A DNA stretch of 64,000 nt from Thalassovita sp. (GTDB lineage: Bacteria; Pseudomonadota; Alphaproteobacteria; Rhodobacterales; Rhodobacteraceae): the NCBI RefSeq assembly GCF_017792425.1, contig NZ_CP051233.1; one strand, 5' to 3'. Of this stretch, positions 1 to 10,452 are shown one piece after another. A program made the position numbers and the translations under genes. The stretch's first letter is position 1; each line of letters begins with the position of its first letter. The notes below the pieces were generated by a model. The model saw only the letters and a list, made by a program, of their open reading frames with translations. It was not told the DNA's origin and did not search any database.

Positions 1-418
1 TCGCCAGCCCGGTGATCCCGGGCCGCGACCGCAGCACCCGTGCATAGAGCGCCGGGAAGCGTTCGACATACCGACGCAATGGCGGGCGCGGACCGACAAA
101 GCTGATATCTCCGCGCAAGACGTTCCATAGCTGCGGCAGCTCGTCCAATCGGTGGCGACGCAGAAAGGCGCCGGTACGCGTAATCCGGCTATCCTTGTCC
201 CCGCCCGACACCCCTGCATCATGGGGCACAACTGTCATCGTGCGGAATTTCCACAGTTGGAAACCGGTGGTTGGTGTTTTCATCCGCTCTGATCGGTACA
301 GGACTGGTCTGCCGTCGCGGATCAGCACCAGTAGGGCCACCCCTGCTATCACCGGCAACAACAGTATCCCCAGCACAAGCGCGGCGGCGACATCCAACAG
401 GCGTTTTGACGGCGTCAT
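1..418 (-). CDS. Bacterial sugar transferase (PglC/WbaP-type phosphoglycosyl transferase), 3' end runs off the window
   Basis: Not in the ORF track; translated by hand from ATG 418: [17 protein letters not shown]...WKFRTM...[35 protein letters not shown]...RPGITGLA, the Bac_transf signature. ATGA overlap with the upstream gene's stop. Confidence 0.93.
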   Translation of the reverse strand, partial: MTPSKRLLDVAAALVLGILLLPVIAGVALLVLIRDGRPVLYRSERMKTPTTGFQLWKFRTMTVVPHDAGVSGGDKDSRITRTGAFLRRHRLDELPQLWNVLRGDISFVGPRPPLRRYVERFPALYARVLRSRPGITGLA

Positions 419-1257
419 GCCCGTTCCTCCAATGTCAGCCAATCCCTGATGATATGGCCCGGATCGGCCGCGCTAGCCGGCATTCCGGTGAGGCTGGTAA
501 AACGATCACAATTCATGGTCACGCTTTGCGCGACCGTGGCAGGCGCGGGTCGCCATTCATGGGGATGATTGACGGCCTTCAACAACGCCTCCATCCTGAC
601 GGGCGCAGGAGCGCCGACATTCAGGACCGTTGGCAAACCGTCCGACTGCGTCGCCAGACGAACCAACCCCCGCGCCAAATCGGACGGCGCGATATAGCTA
701 CGTTCGGGTCCGTTGCCGTCCTGAAACCGGTCCAGATGAACCGGCGCCGCCTCTGCCGCCCAACCCCGGCGGATCGACGCAGCCAGGCTTTCTGCCCCGG
801 CTACCGATCCGATCCGCAGGATCGTCGGTTCTGGCCCGTCCGCGTGGGCCAGGGCGCGCTCCATGTCCAACTTGGCCTGCCCATAGGCGTTGACCGGGCT
901 GGTTGGATCCTTTTCATCCAGCAACCCGGACTTGGGTGCGTACACGGCGACCGACGAACAATGTAGCACGCGTCCTGCCCCGCTTGCGCGCGCCAGTTCC
1001 TGCGCGGATAACGCCAGATCGGTGTTTACTACCAATGCTTCGGGCGCACCCTGCGTCACGCCCCATAGTGCGATAACGGCGCTGACCTGCCCGAACGGGT
1101 TCGGTTGTCCGGGCCGCCAGCACATCCCCGCCCCCGACCGGCGCTGAAAAACCAGTTCCACACCGTCAGGGGGACTCTGCTCCCACGCACGCTGCAGCAA
1201 TCGGCCAACACGGCCTGTCGACCCCAGCACCAAGATCCGATTCAACTGACTGCTCAC
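415..1257 (-). CDS. NAD-dependent epimerase/dehydratase (extended SDR)
   Basis: GSTGRVG Rossmann motif, SSVAVY, YGQAK (YxxxK); coupled to the sugar transferase. Start uncertain. Confidence 0.85.
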   Translation of the reverse strand: MSSQLNRILVLGSTGRVGRLLQRAWEQSPPDGVELVFQRRSGAGMCWRPGQPNPFGQVSAVIALWGVTQGAPEALVVNTDLALSAQELARASGAGRVLHCSSVAVYAPKSGLLDEKDPTSPVNAYGQAKLDMERALAHADGPEPTILRIGSVAGAESLAASIRRGWAAEAAPVHLDRFQDGNGPERSYIAPSDLARGLVRLATQSDGLPTVLNVGAPAPVRMEALLKAVNHPHEWRPAPATVAQSVTMNCDRFTSLTGMPASAADPGHIIRDWLTLEERA

Positions 1258-1326
1258 ACCGTTGGGACATCCGATCGTTTCAAATGCCCAACAGCATTAC
1301 CATCCCCGAAAGCATCGGAACAGGGA

Positions 1327-2886
1327 TCACTTTGCCCAATAGGGTTCGCGCAACTCTCGTTTCAGGATTTTGCCGATAGAACTGCGGGGCAATTCAGGGC
1401 GCACCTCTACTGCCGACAGGCGATGGCTTTTGCCCAGACGACTGTTCGCGGCCGCGCGGATTTCTTCGGCGGACCGCGTGGCGGATTGCTTCAGCACGAC
1501 CAGACCAAGCGGCGTTTCCCCCCATTCATCAGAGGGGATCCCGATCACCGCCGCATCTGCCACATCAGGATCTTCCAGCAGGATCAGCTCCAGATCGTTG
1601 GCATAGATGTTCAGGCCACCCGAAATGATCATGTCCTTCTTGCGATCAGACAGAACAAGGAACCCCTCGGCATCAAAGCTGCCCATATCGCCGGATCGAA
1701 AGAAAACCGCGCCATCCTGATCGGTCCAGATATATTCACGGGTCAAGTCCTCGCGCCCGAAATAGCCGCTCATCATCGCGGGGCTGCGACCAACGATTTC
1801 ACCAACCTCGCCTTGCGCGACCTCTGCGCCGTCCGGCCCGATCAGCCGGATTTCCGTGCCGGGGCTGGGCTGCCCCACGGTGTGCAGCTTGTCGGGCCTT
1901 TCGTCTGCCGCCAGAACGGTGACGCCGCCACCCTCGGTCAGGCCATAGTATTCCAGCAGCTTTCCGGGAAACCGCGCCAGAACGTCCTTCTTTACCTCTG
2001 CCCGCAGCGGGGCCGAGGTAGAGAATTTCACGCGCATAGTGGACAGGTCAAACGCGTCGAAATCCGGGACATCCATGATCCGCTTGTACTGGACAGGCAC
2101 CAGCATCGTATGCGTGATCTTTTCCGTCTCGACCAGCTTCAGGTATTCCCGTGCATCGAATTTCGGCATCAACACCACGGTGGACCCGCCCACCAGCGTC
2201 GGCAGGAAACTGACCAGCGTGGTGTTGGAATACAGCGGCGTTGACAGCAGCGTGCGCGCCTTGTCGCAATAGCCGCTCGGCTCTGCCCTCTCCATGTGGA
2301 TCGCCCGCATCCAGTGGCTGTGAACAATCCCTTTCGGCGTTCCCGTCGTGCCCGAAGAGTAGATCAGGTTGAACGGATTGTCCCAACCAATCGGGACCAT
2401 CGGATCAGCTTCATCGGCACCCGACAGCAGGGTTTCATAGTCCAGATACCCCTCTGCCACAAAGTCCAATGCCACGCGGGTGATGCTCAGCTGATCCAGG
2501 AAACCGGCCACAAGGGGCCGGTACTGTGCGGACAGAAACAAAACCTTCGCGCCGCTATCCGCCAGCATCTTTTTCAGCGCCTCGGATGACGCCATGGTGG
2601 ACAGCGGCGTCAGACAGGCTCCTGCACGCAAACCACCGATAAACACCTCGGCATAGGCGGCTGAATTCGGGGACAGCACCGCCACCCGGTCCGTCGGTTT
2701 CACACCCAGCCCGATCAACGCGTTCGCTGCCCTGTTGACGCGGGCGTCGAATTCCGCCCAGTTCAAGCGGGTTTCACCGCAGACAAGGGCTTCTGCAGAT
2801 GGGTCTTTCCGCGCCGCGTCGCGGATCATTTGAACGACTGTTCGATCTGGTAGTGTTGCCGGTTGCGGCGGCGTAACGATTTGCAT
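1327..2886 (-). CDS. Acyl-CoA synthetase / class I adenylate-forming enzyme
   Basis: YSSGTTGTPKG, YGLTE, SGD, DRKKDMIISGG, GKILK motifs; GGAGG RBS before ATG 2886. Confidence 0.92.
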   Translation of the reverse strand: MQIVTPPQPATLPDRTVVQMIRDAARKDPSAEALVCGETRLNWAEFDARVNRAANALIGLGVKPTDRVAVLSPNSAAYAEVFIGGLRAGACLTPLSTMASSEALKKMLADSGAKVLFLSAQYRPLVAGFLDQLSITRVALDFVAEGYLDYETLLSGADEADPMVPIGWDNPFNLIYSSGTTGTPKGIVHSHWMRAIHMERAEPSGYCDKARTLLSTPLYSNTTLVSFLPTLVGGSTVVLMPKFDAREYLKLVETEKITHTMLVPVQYKRIMDVPDFDAFDLSTMRVKFSTSAPLRAEVKKDVLARFPGKLLEYYGLTEGGGVTVLAADERPDKLHTVGQPSPGTEIRLIGPDGAEVAQGEVGEIVGRSPAMMSGYFGREDLTREYIWTDQDGAVFFRSGDMGSFDAEGFLVLSDRKKDMIISGGLNIYANDLELILLEDPDVADAAVIGIPSDEWGETPLGLVVLKQSATRSAEEIRAAANSRLGKSHRLSAVEVRPELPRSSIGKILKRELREPYWAK

Positions 2887-2954
2887 TGGTTTCCTCCCTC
2901 GCTCAGGCCGCACTATGATTTCTTCGCTGTGCGAAATCAAGTTCCGCCAAGCGG

Positions 2955-4061
2955 CTATTGTGGCGTGCCGATCCGGGACTCTCCTCCGCTTTCCGTCACC
3001 TCCAGATATTGCGCATCCGGCCCCAGGTCCGTGAACAGTTCCGGCCCGGTTCCGGTCATCCAGGCCTGCGCCTGCAAGGCGGTGAGTTCAGAATAGAGCG
3101 CGGCGCGGCGGTCTGCATCCAGATGGGCGGAAACCTCGTCCAGCAGCAGGATCGGCGGCGCACCCAGATCACGCACCAACGCACGCGCATTCGCCAGTAT
3201 CAGCGAAACCAGCAACGCCTTCTGCTCTCCGGTCGAACAGTCCTTTGCCGGAACACCCTTGGCGGCATAGACCCCGGACAGGTCAGCGCGATGCGGCCCC
3301 ACCAGCGTCCGCCCCGCCGCCAGATCCCGAAACCGACTCTCTGCCAGCGCAGTGCGCAGGTCTGGCTCTGTCGCGGCTATTTCGCCCTCGGGCTGGATCA
3401 GCGCCAGGTCCGCCGCGGGAAAGGCTGTCTGCGCCTGATCCTGCGCATCGCGTAACAGGTCCAGCGCCACAGCCCGGTTGCCCTGAATCACGGCCCCGGC
3501 CCGCGCCATCTGCGTTTCCAACGCGGCATACCAATGCGGATCGCGCACCTGATCCTTCAACAGGCGGTTCCTCTCGCGCATGGCCTTTTCATAGTCCAAG
3601 GACGCATCGGCGTGGTTGGGGAAAAACGACAGGGTCATCCGGTCCAGAAACCTGCGGCGGCCCTCGGCCCCTTCGATCCACAGCCGATCCATCATCGGCA
3701 CCAGCCACAGAACCCGGCTGACCTCGCCCAGGTCCGACTGGCTGCCTGCCTTGTCGTCAATCCGCACCCGCCGGGCGGATCCTGCCTGTGACCAGGTTTC
3801 GATCTCATACATCCGCCCAAGCGAATGCAGAATGCCTGACACTTTCCAGCCCAACGCCTCTGGCCGCCGCGTCATCTCATCGGCCGAAGACCGCCGCAAC
3901 CCCCGCCCCGGGGAAAACAACGAAACCGCTTCCAGGATATTGGTCTTGCCTGCCCCGTTTGGCCCAAAGATCGCCACCGGCCTGCGGTCAGCTTCAATCC
4001 GGCCCGCCTTGTGCGACCGGAAATGCGACAGGTTCAGCTGCGAAAGAAAAAGGCCAGACAT
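2955..4061 (-). CDS. recF: DNA replication/repair protein RecF
   Basis: GPNGAGKTN Walker A, STGEQK, LLLDEV; follows dnaN. Confidence 0.97.
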   Translation of the reverse strand: MSGLFLSQLNLSHFRSHKAGRIEADRRPVAIFGPNGAGKTNILEAVSLFSPGRGLRRSSADEMTRRPEALGWKVSGILHSLGRMYEIETWSQAGSARRVRIDDKAGSQSDLGEVSRVLWLVPMMDRLWIEGAEGRRRFLDRMTLSFFPNHADASLDYEKAMRERNRLLKDQVRDPHWYAALETQMARAGAVIQGNRAVALDLLRDAQDQAQTAFPAADLALIQPEGEIAATEPDLRTALAESRFRDLAAGRTLVGPHRADLSGVYAAKGVPAKDCSTGEQKALLVSLILANARALVRDLGAPPILLLDEVSAHLDADRRAALYSELTALQAQAWMTGTGPELFTDLGPDAQYLEVTESGGESRIGTPQ

Positions 4062-4072
4062 GGACCCCGGCC

Positions 4073-4093
4073 TTTCATCTTGCCCAAAATACT
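4073..4093 (-). repeat. 21-bp dispersed intergenic element, copy 1 (AGTATTTTGGGCAAGATGAAA on minus strand)
   Basis: 19/21 identical to 44057-44077; small hairpins adjoin at 4097-4120. Confidence 0.75.
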
Positions 4094-4119
4094 TTCGCCG
4101 AAGGCACGGGCGCAGCCCG

Positions 4120-5238
4120 TCAGACCCGCATCGGCATCACGACATAGACCGCGCTGGCATCATTGCCTTCGCGCATCAGGGTCGGATCCCCGGCCGAGTT
4201 GAACAGGAACACGGCGTTTTCCCGGTCCACCTGCGATGCGATTTCCAGCAGGTATTTCGCGTTGAAACCGATTTCCAGCCGTTCGTCACCGTATGCGACA
4301 GCCAGTTCCTCTTCTGCCGCGCCGCTGTCGGGGGCGTTGACGGACAGAACCAGCCGGTCCTCTTCCAGCGCCATTTTCACCGCACGCGACCGTTCCGATG
4401 AAACCGTCGCCACGCGATCCACCGCGGCGGCGAATTCGCTGGCGTCAACCTCCAGCTTGCGGGTGTTTCCAGTGGGAATGACGCGGGTGTAATCCGGGAA
4501 AGTCCCGTCGATGACCTTCGAGGTCAGCGTGATGTTCGGCGTGGCAAAGCGGATCTTGGTCTCGCTCACGGATACCGCGATCTGCATCTCGTCGTCGTCC
4601 AGAAGCTTGCGCAACTCGCCCACGGTTTTGCGCGGGACGATCACGCCGCTCATCCCTTCAGCGCCCGAGGGCAAGTCCGCATCAATCCGGGCAAGGCGGT
4701 GTCCATCAGTGGCCACGGCGCGCAACACCTTGCCGCCATCTGAATCGGCGACGTGCAAGTAGACGCCGTTCAGGTAGTACCGCGTTTCCTCGGTCGAGAT
4801 CGCGAACTTCGACTTGTCGAACAACCGGCGCAACACGGGTGCGGGGGCGCTAAAGTTCGACGCGTATTCCGAGGACGCCATCACCGGGAAATCCTCTTTG
4901 GGCAGGGTTGCCAAGTTGAAATGCGACCGGCCAGCCTCGACGTTCAATCGGCCAGCGACACCGTCATCGGACAGGGTGACCAGCGCGCCGTCCGGCAGCT
5001 TACGGACGATTTCATGCAGGGTGACAGCGGACACGGTCGTGGCGCCGGCCTTTTCAACCATGGCCGGTGCCTTGTCGACAACCTCTATATCCAGGTCGGT
5101 GGCGCGGAACTGGACGGTGTTGCCATCAGCTTCGATCAGGACATTGGCAAGGATCGGTATCGTGTTGCGCCGTTCCACAACCGATTGCGCCTGAGACACG
5201 GCCTTCAGTAGCGTGCCGCGTTCAATGCTGAATTTCAT
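4120..5238 (-). CDS. dnaN: DNA polymerase III beta clamp
   Basis: MKFSIERG start, ATDLD, ATDGHRL, C-terminal VVMPMRV; 372 aa. Confidence 0.98.
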   Translation of the reverse strand: MKFSIERGTLLKAVSQAQSVVERRNTIPILANVLIEADGNTVQFRATDLDIEVVDKAPAMVEKAGATTVSAVTLHEIVRKLPDGALVTLSDDGVAGRLNVEAGRSHFNLATLPKEDFPVMASSEYASNFSAPAPVLRRLFDKSKFAISTEETRYYLNGVYLHVADSDGGKVLRAVATDGHRLARIDADLPSGAEGMSGVIVPRKTVGELRKLLDDDEMQIAVSVSETKIRFATPNITLTSKVIDGTFPDYTRVIPTGNTRKLEVDASEFAAAVDRVATVSSERSRAVKMALEEDRLVLSVNAPDSGAAEEELAVAYGDERLEIGFNAKYLLEIASQVDRENAVFLFNSAGDPTLMREGNDASAVYVVMPMRV

Positions 5239-5393
5239 ACCCTTGCTCCTATCGTCTGACGGCCCGATGCCGGGGAGGGGCAGGGTAAACAATTCCCCAG
5301 TCGGCTCAAGCTGTTTGTTGCTTTGTCCGCTGGTTTATGAAGCCCGTCAAGAGCCGTTGGGCCGCCCGCGCTGCGAACAGCCCCGAAAGCAGG

Positions 5394-6761
5394 TCAGGCT
5401 TCCAATGCGCGACGCAAAAGCTCCAGATCTTCGGCGATCTGGCCATCCTTGGCGCGCAATTCCTCGATCCGCTTGACGCCGTGCATGACGGTTGTGTGGT
5501 CGCGCCCGCCGAACCGGCGGCCGATTTCCGGCAACGACCGGCTGGTCAGCTGCTTGCACAGGTACATGGCCACCTGCCGTGGCCGGGCATAGGTGCGCAC
5601 GCGCTTGGGGCCGATCATGTCGGACAGGCGGATGTTGTAATGCTCCGAAACCTTGCGCTGGATTTCCTCGACGGTGATCTTGCGCTCGGATGCGCGCAAC
5701 ACATCGGCCAGGCAGTCCTGCGTCAGCGCCATCGTGATCGGACGCCCGACCAGCGACGCAAAGGCGAACAGACGGGTCAGCGCGCCTTCCAGCACGCGTA
5801 CATTGGTGCTGATCCGATGGGCCAGAAATTCCAGCACGCCCGCTTCGACCTCCAGTCCCGGGTATTGCAGGCGATATTGTTCAACCTTCGACTGCAGAAT
5901 GCCTAGGCGCAGCTCGTAATCGGTAGGATGCAGATCCACCACCAGGCCGCACTGAAGGCGCGATTTGATCCGCTCCTCCATGTCCTTGATTTCACCCGGC
6001 GCGCGATCGGCTGAAATGATAATCTGCTTATTCTGATCGACCAATGCATTGAAAGTGTGAAAGAATTCCTCTTGCGTGGAATCCTTTCCCGCGATGAATT
6101 GCACATCATCCACCATCAGCACGTCGACAGAGCGGAACAACTGCTTGAAATCCATCATCTTGCGATCACGCAGGGCCTGGACGAAGCGGTACATGAACTG
6201 TTCAGCGGACAGGTAGACGACATTGAGTTCCGGCTGCTGCTTCTGCAGCTCCCACGCGATGGCGTGCATCAGGTGGGTTTTACCCAGGCCGACCCCACCA
6301 TACAGAAACAGCGGATTGAAGGTCACAGGACCGCCCTCGGCCACCCGGCGGGCGGCAGCATGGGCCAGTTCGTTGGGTTTGCCGACAACGAACGTATCAA
6401 AGGTGAACCGCGAATCCAGCGGAGCCGACGGCAGTTGATCATCGGTCGCGGGACGGGCAGAGGAAGCGACAGCGGGTTGGGGCTGCGCCTCTCTGGCCGG
6501 GACAGGACGAGTCGGCGTGTTGGCGGCAACGCGGAAATTCAACCGGCGCACCTGAGTCCCCGTCTGGCACATCTGGTGCAGAATCAGATCACCAAAATTG
6601 CGCGAGACATAGTTGCCCAGAAAGGTGGTCGGCACGGAAAACGTCGCCACGCCTTCGGCGATCTCGTCGAACTCCAGCGGTTCGATCCAGTTTTTATAGT
6701 TACTTTGCCCGACCGTCCCCAAGAGTGTCTTCTTCAACTGACCCCATTGTTCTTGCGTCAT
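5394..6761 (-). CDS. dnaA: Chromosomal replication initiator DnaA
   Basis: NPLFLYGGVGLGKTHL, DDVQF, GGRDHTTVMH; start taken at MTQEQW. Confidence 0.98.
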   Translation of the reverse strand: MTQEQWGQLKKTLLGTVGQSNYKNWIEPLEFDEIAEGVATFSVPTTFLGNYVSRNFGDLILHQMCQTGTQVRRLNFRVAANTPTRPVPAREAQPQPAVASSARPATDDQLPSAPLDSRFTFDTFVVGKPNELAHAAARRVAEGGPVTFNPLFLYGGVGLGKTHLMHAIAWELQKQQPELNVVYLSAEQFMYRFVQALRDRKMMDFKQLFRSVDVLMVDDVQFIAGKDSTQEEFFHTFNALVDQNKQIIISADRAPGEIKDMEERIKSRLQCGLVVDLHPTDYELRLGILQSKVEQYRLQYPGLEVEAGVLEFLAHRISTNVRVLEGALTRLFAFASLVGRPITMALTQDCLADVLRASERKITVEEIQRKVSEHYNIRLSDMIGPKRVRTYARPRQVAMYLCKQLTSRSLPEIGRRFGGRDHTTVMHGVKRIEELRAKDGQIAEDLELLRRALEA

Positions 6762-7245
6762 TTTTTCGTCCAGCCTGTTGTCCCCAATGCGCAGGCATGG
6801 CCTGCGCCGTCCTTCGTTTCGTCCCCACAGCGTCAGCAACACGACACTGTTCCCGCTGATGCAGATTCAGCGGGCCTTTTCGTCCCTTCAGGTTCGTATA
6901 CGCCGCTTCGCGCCCGATTAAGCCCCGACTGTCCCCGTCAGGCATAATCATATGGCGCGCCTTAGGCGCGTCTTGTTGGACACGTTGCAGATACCCGCAG
7001 AAAACCAACCGAAGCCTGATCGCAAGCGCGACTGGCTGTTTGGCAGTCTTCCCAGATCCGGCGCCGCGTAGCGAATGGCGCCTGAACCAACCTGTCCCCC
7101 CAAGGCGATGTGACTCGCAGCTGGAAGTTACCAAGTCGTCTGCGGGCGGGGCAACTGAACTTCGGGGCTTGACTCAGATATTCCGAAAAAGAATCTCTGC
7201 CCCCCGCCGGGATTGCATCAGAAATGTCACAGTTCGGAAAAAACG

Positions 7246-7278
7246 AAAAAAGGCGCCCTGCGACAGGACGCCTTTTTT
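7246..7278 (-). terminator. Intrinsic terminator after rpsT
   Basis: Minus strand GGCGTCCTG-TCG-CAGGGCGCC-TTTTTT; A/T runs on both sides. Confidence 0.85.
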
Positions 7279-7311
7279 ATTGTTATTTTTCAGTCAATTA
7301 GTCTGAAAAAT

Positions 7312-7575
7312 TCAGGCCATTGCCTTTACGCGGGCCGACAGGCGCGACATTTTGCGGGCTGCGGTGTTCTTGTGGAACACACCCTTGGTGACGCCGCGCA
7401 TCAGTTCGGGCTGGGCGGCTTGCAGGGCGGTTTTGGCGGCGTCCTGATCACCCGACGCGATGGCCTCTTCGACCTTGCGCAGGTAGGTGCGGATACGCGA
7501 ACGACGGGCTTTGTTGACGGCGAAGCGACGCTCGTTCTGACGGGCGCGTTTCTTTGCCTGGGGCGAGTTTGCCAT
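7312..7575 (-). CDS. rpsT: 30S ribosomal protein S20
   Basis: [13 protein letters not shown]...[12 protein letters not shown]. Confidence 0.98.
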   Translation of the reverse strand: MANSPQAKKRARQNERRFAVNKARRSRIRTYLRKVEEAIASGDQDAAKTALQAAQPELMRGVTKGVFHKNTAARKMSRLSARVKAMA

Positions 7576-7692
7576 TTCAAATCATCCCTTTGACTGGGGT
7601 TAGCATTTCAAAAGCACGCGACCCCCATCTGACAGGATTCCTGTCGGGAATGATTCTAGCCAGAGCGGGCTTCACGCGCATGTACCGGAGGG

Positions 7693-7721
7693 CGTATAGG
7701 CGCTGCGGATGCAAAAGGCAA
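7693..7721 (-). promoter_or_regulatory. Sigma70-type promoter of rpsT
   Basis: TTGCCT-N17-TATACG on minus strand. Confidence 0.7.
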
Positions 7722-7920
7722 ACCCGATTTCCACCGGTTCTGTACATTTTGGGGTCGATTCCACAGGTTTTGCCAGCGCAGTGCGCCGTGGCCGCACGTT
7801 AACCCGATGTGAACCTGTTCCACGGATGCTGGTCCACATGCGAATCGAACCACCCCTGCTGACAGACAAACACCGGCCATTTCTGGCCGGCGTCCTGATC
7901 GTTCTTCTGCGCCTGCTGAC

Positions 7921-8697
7921 TCAGCGGTCGCGGAATTGCGGGGTGCGTTTTTCGACGAAGGCCGCCATGCCTTCCTTCTGGTCATCCGTTGCGAACAACG
8001 AATGGAACAGGCGACGCTCGAACAGAAGGCCCTCTTGCAAAGGCACTTCGAAGGACCGGTTCACGGCCTCCTTGATCAGCATGACCGAGATCATCGACTT
8101 CTCGGCGATCTTCGCGGCGGCGGCCATCGCCTCGTCCATCAGTTTCTTGGCGGGCACGATACGACTGACCAGGCCCGCGCGCTCGGCCTCTTCGGCATCC
8201 ATGAAGCGGCCGGTCAGGTTCATATCCATCGCCTTGGCCTTGCCAATCGCCCGCGTCAGGCGCTGGGTGCCGCCGATCCCGGCCATGACGCCCAGGTTCA
8301 CCTCGGGCTGGCCGAACTTGGCAGTGTCGGAGGCGATAATGAAATCGCACAGCATCGCCAACTCGCAGCCACCGCCCAGCGCATAGCCAGACACAGCGGC
8401 GATGATCGGCTTGCGGACCCGGCCGATCTCGGCCGTTTCGCCACCGAACAGGTCTTCGGTCAGAACCTCGGTATAGCTCTTCTCGCTCATCATCTTGATG
8501 TCGGCCCCGGCGGCGAACGCCTTTTCCGAGCCGGTCAGCACGATGCAGCGGACCTTGTCATTGCCTTGCGCCGCCGACATGGCATCCGCCAGTTCCGTCA
8601 GCAGTTGCGCGTTCAGGGCGTTGAGCGCGTCGGGGCGGTTCAGTTTCACCAGCGCGACGTGGTCTTCGATTTCGACGATGATCGTCTCGTATGCCAT
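7921..8697 (-). CDS. Enoyl-CoA hydratase
   Basis: [21 protein letters not shown] crotonase motifs; 258 aa. Confidence 0.95.
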   Translation of the reverse strand: MAYETIIVEIEDHVALVKLNRPDALNALNAQLLTELADAMSAAQGNDKVRCIVLTGSEKAFAAGADIKMMSEKSYTEVLTEDLFGGETAEIGRVRKPIIAAVSGYALGGGCELAMLCDFIIASDTAKFGQPEVNLGVMAGIGGTQRLTRAIGKAKAMDMNLTGRFMDAEEAERAGLVSRIVPAKKLMDEAMAAAAKIAEKSMISVMLIKEAVNRSFEVPLQEGLLFERRLFHSLFATDDQKEGMAAFVEKRTPQFRDR

Positions 8698-8761
8698 GAA
8701 TCCGTACTTTCCTTGTTTCCGGTCAGGGGGATTGATGGCCAATCCCGCCGCCCGGATCAAG

Positions 8762-9613
8762 CTATCTTTGACATGAGGGGCAGTAAAAGGTGGATCGCCC
8801 GGATTGAACGACCCGGTGAATCACCGCCGTACAACCGGGCGCTTTGCAGGGCTGGCCTTCTTGTCCGTAAACCCGGAAATCGTGCTGAAAATAACCCAGT
8901 TCCCCGTCCGCCTGACGAAAATCGCGCAGGCTGGACCCGCCTGCCTCGATCGCCTCGGACAGGACTTGCCGAACCACGGGCACCAGCGCGGCCACCCGGG
9001 GGGCGGCGATCTGTCCCGCCTTGCGCAGGGGGTGAATCCCGGCCCGGAACAGCGCCTCGCAGACATAGATGTTGCCCAGCCCCGCCACGACATGCTGATC
9101 CAGCAGCGCGGATTTCACCGGCGTATTGCGCCCCTTGAAAGCGGATACCAGGTACGGTTCGTTGAAATCGTTGCCCAAGGGTTCTGGCCCCAGACTGGCC
9201 AATAACTTGTGCGATTCCGCGCTGGCGGTGTCCAGTAGGTCCATCGCCCCGAACCGGCGTGGATCATTGAAGGTGATGCGCGCGCCGTTGTCCATGTCCA
9301 GCACGACATGGTCATGTTTTTCAGCCTTGGGGTGGTCGCGCAGGAATTGCCCCAGCGGATCGCCGGACACCAGCATACGCCCCGACATGCCCAGGTGGAT
9401 CAGCAGCGTTTCGCCCGAGTCGAGATCGGCCAGGATGTACTTGGACCGCCGCCGCATCCCCAGCACGCGCCGCCCGGTCAGCCGTTCCGCCATCCGGTCA
9501 GGAAAGGGCCAACGCAGGTCGGGCCGGTTCACCTGCGCGCGCACGATCACCGCCCCCTGCATCGCCGGGACAAGCCCGCGGCGGACGGTTTCGACCTCGG
9601 GCAATTCCGGCAT
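8762..9613 (-). CDS. mutM: Formamidopyrimidine-DNA glycosylase
   Basis: [21 protein letters not shown]-terminal zinc finger. Confidence 0.98.
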   Translation of the reverse strand: MPELPEVETVRRGLVPAMQGAVIVRAQVNRPDLRWPFPDRMAERLTGRRVLGMRRRSKYILADLDSGETLLIHLGMSGRMLVSGDPLGQFLRDHPKAEKHDHVVLDMDNGARITFNDPRRFGAMDLLDTASAESHKLLASLGPEPLGNDFNEPYLVSAFKGRNTPVKSALLDQHVVAGLGNIYVCEALFRAGIHPLRKAGQIAAPRVAALVPVVRQVLSEAIEAGGSSLRDFRQADGELGYFQHDFRVYGQEGQPCKAPGCTAVIHRVVQSGRSTFYCPSCQR

Positions 9614-9698
9614 GACGGCTCCTTTGACAGTTCAGCGCATTGCAGCGGCGGGTGAGCGTCCTATAAGAGGGACCAGAACCCCAGACTGGCAAGAGCCC

Positions 9699-10451
9699 AT
9701 GACCCAGACAGACCAGAAAACCACCCATTTCGGATTCCAGGAAGTCCCCGAGCATGAAAAGGCCGGGCGCGTGCAGGGGGTGTTCGGGTCCGTCGCGTCC
9801 AAGTACGACGTGATGAACGACGCGATGAGCATGGGCATCCACCGCATCTGGAAGGACGCGATGATGGATTGGCTGGCGCCGCGCCCGAACACCCGCCTGC
9901 TGGACGTGGCGGGGGGAACAGGCGACATTTCGTTCCGCTACCTGAAACGGGCGGGCAAGGCCCATGCCACCGTGTGCGACCTGACCGAACCGATGCTGGT
10001 GGAAGGCCGCAAGCGCGCCGAGGCCGCGGCGATGGCGGACAGCCTGGACTGGGTCGTGGGCGACGCGATGAACCTGCCCTTTGCCGACAACACCTTTGAC
10101 GTTTACACGATCAGCTTTGGCATCCGCAACGTGACCCGCCCGCAAGAGGCGCTGAACGAAGCCTTTCGCGTGCTGCGCCCCGGCGGGCGGCTGATGGTGC
10201 TGGAGTTCAGCCAGATCCCGAACGACCTGATGCAGAAGGTCTATGACCTGTATTCGTTCAACATCATCCCGAAGCTGGGACAGGTGATTGCGAACGACAG
10301 GGACAGCTATCAATACCTTGTTGAATCCATTCGCAAATTCCCAGATCAGGACACGTTCCTGCAGATGGTGAAACAGGCCGGGTTCGCCAATGCGAAATAC
10401 CGCAACCTGACGATGGGCATTGCCTGCCTGCATTCCGGCTGGAAGATGTAG
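9699..10451 (+). CDS. ubiE: Ubiquinone/menaquinone C-methyltransferase
   Basis: [33 protein letters not shown]. Confidence 0.97.
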   Translation: MTQTDQKTTHFGFQEVPEHEKAGRVQGVFGSVASKYDVMNDAMSMGIHRIWKDAMMDWLAPRPNTRLLDVAGGTGDISFRYLKRAGKAHATVCDLTEPMLVEGRKRAEAAAMADSLDWVVGDAMNLPFADNTFDVYTISFGIRNVTRPQEALNEAFRVLRPGGRLMVLEFSQIPNDLMQKVYDLYSFNIIPKLGQVIANDRDSYQYLVESIRKFPDQDTFLQMVKQAGFANAKYRNLTMGIACLHSGWKM

Positions 10452-10452
10452 C

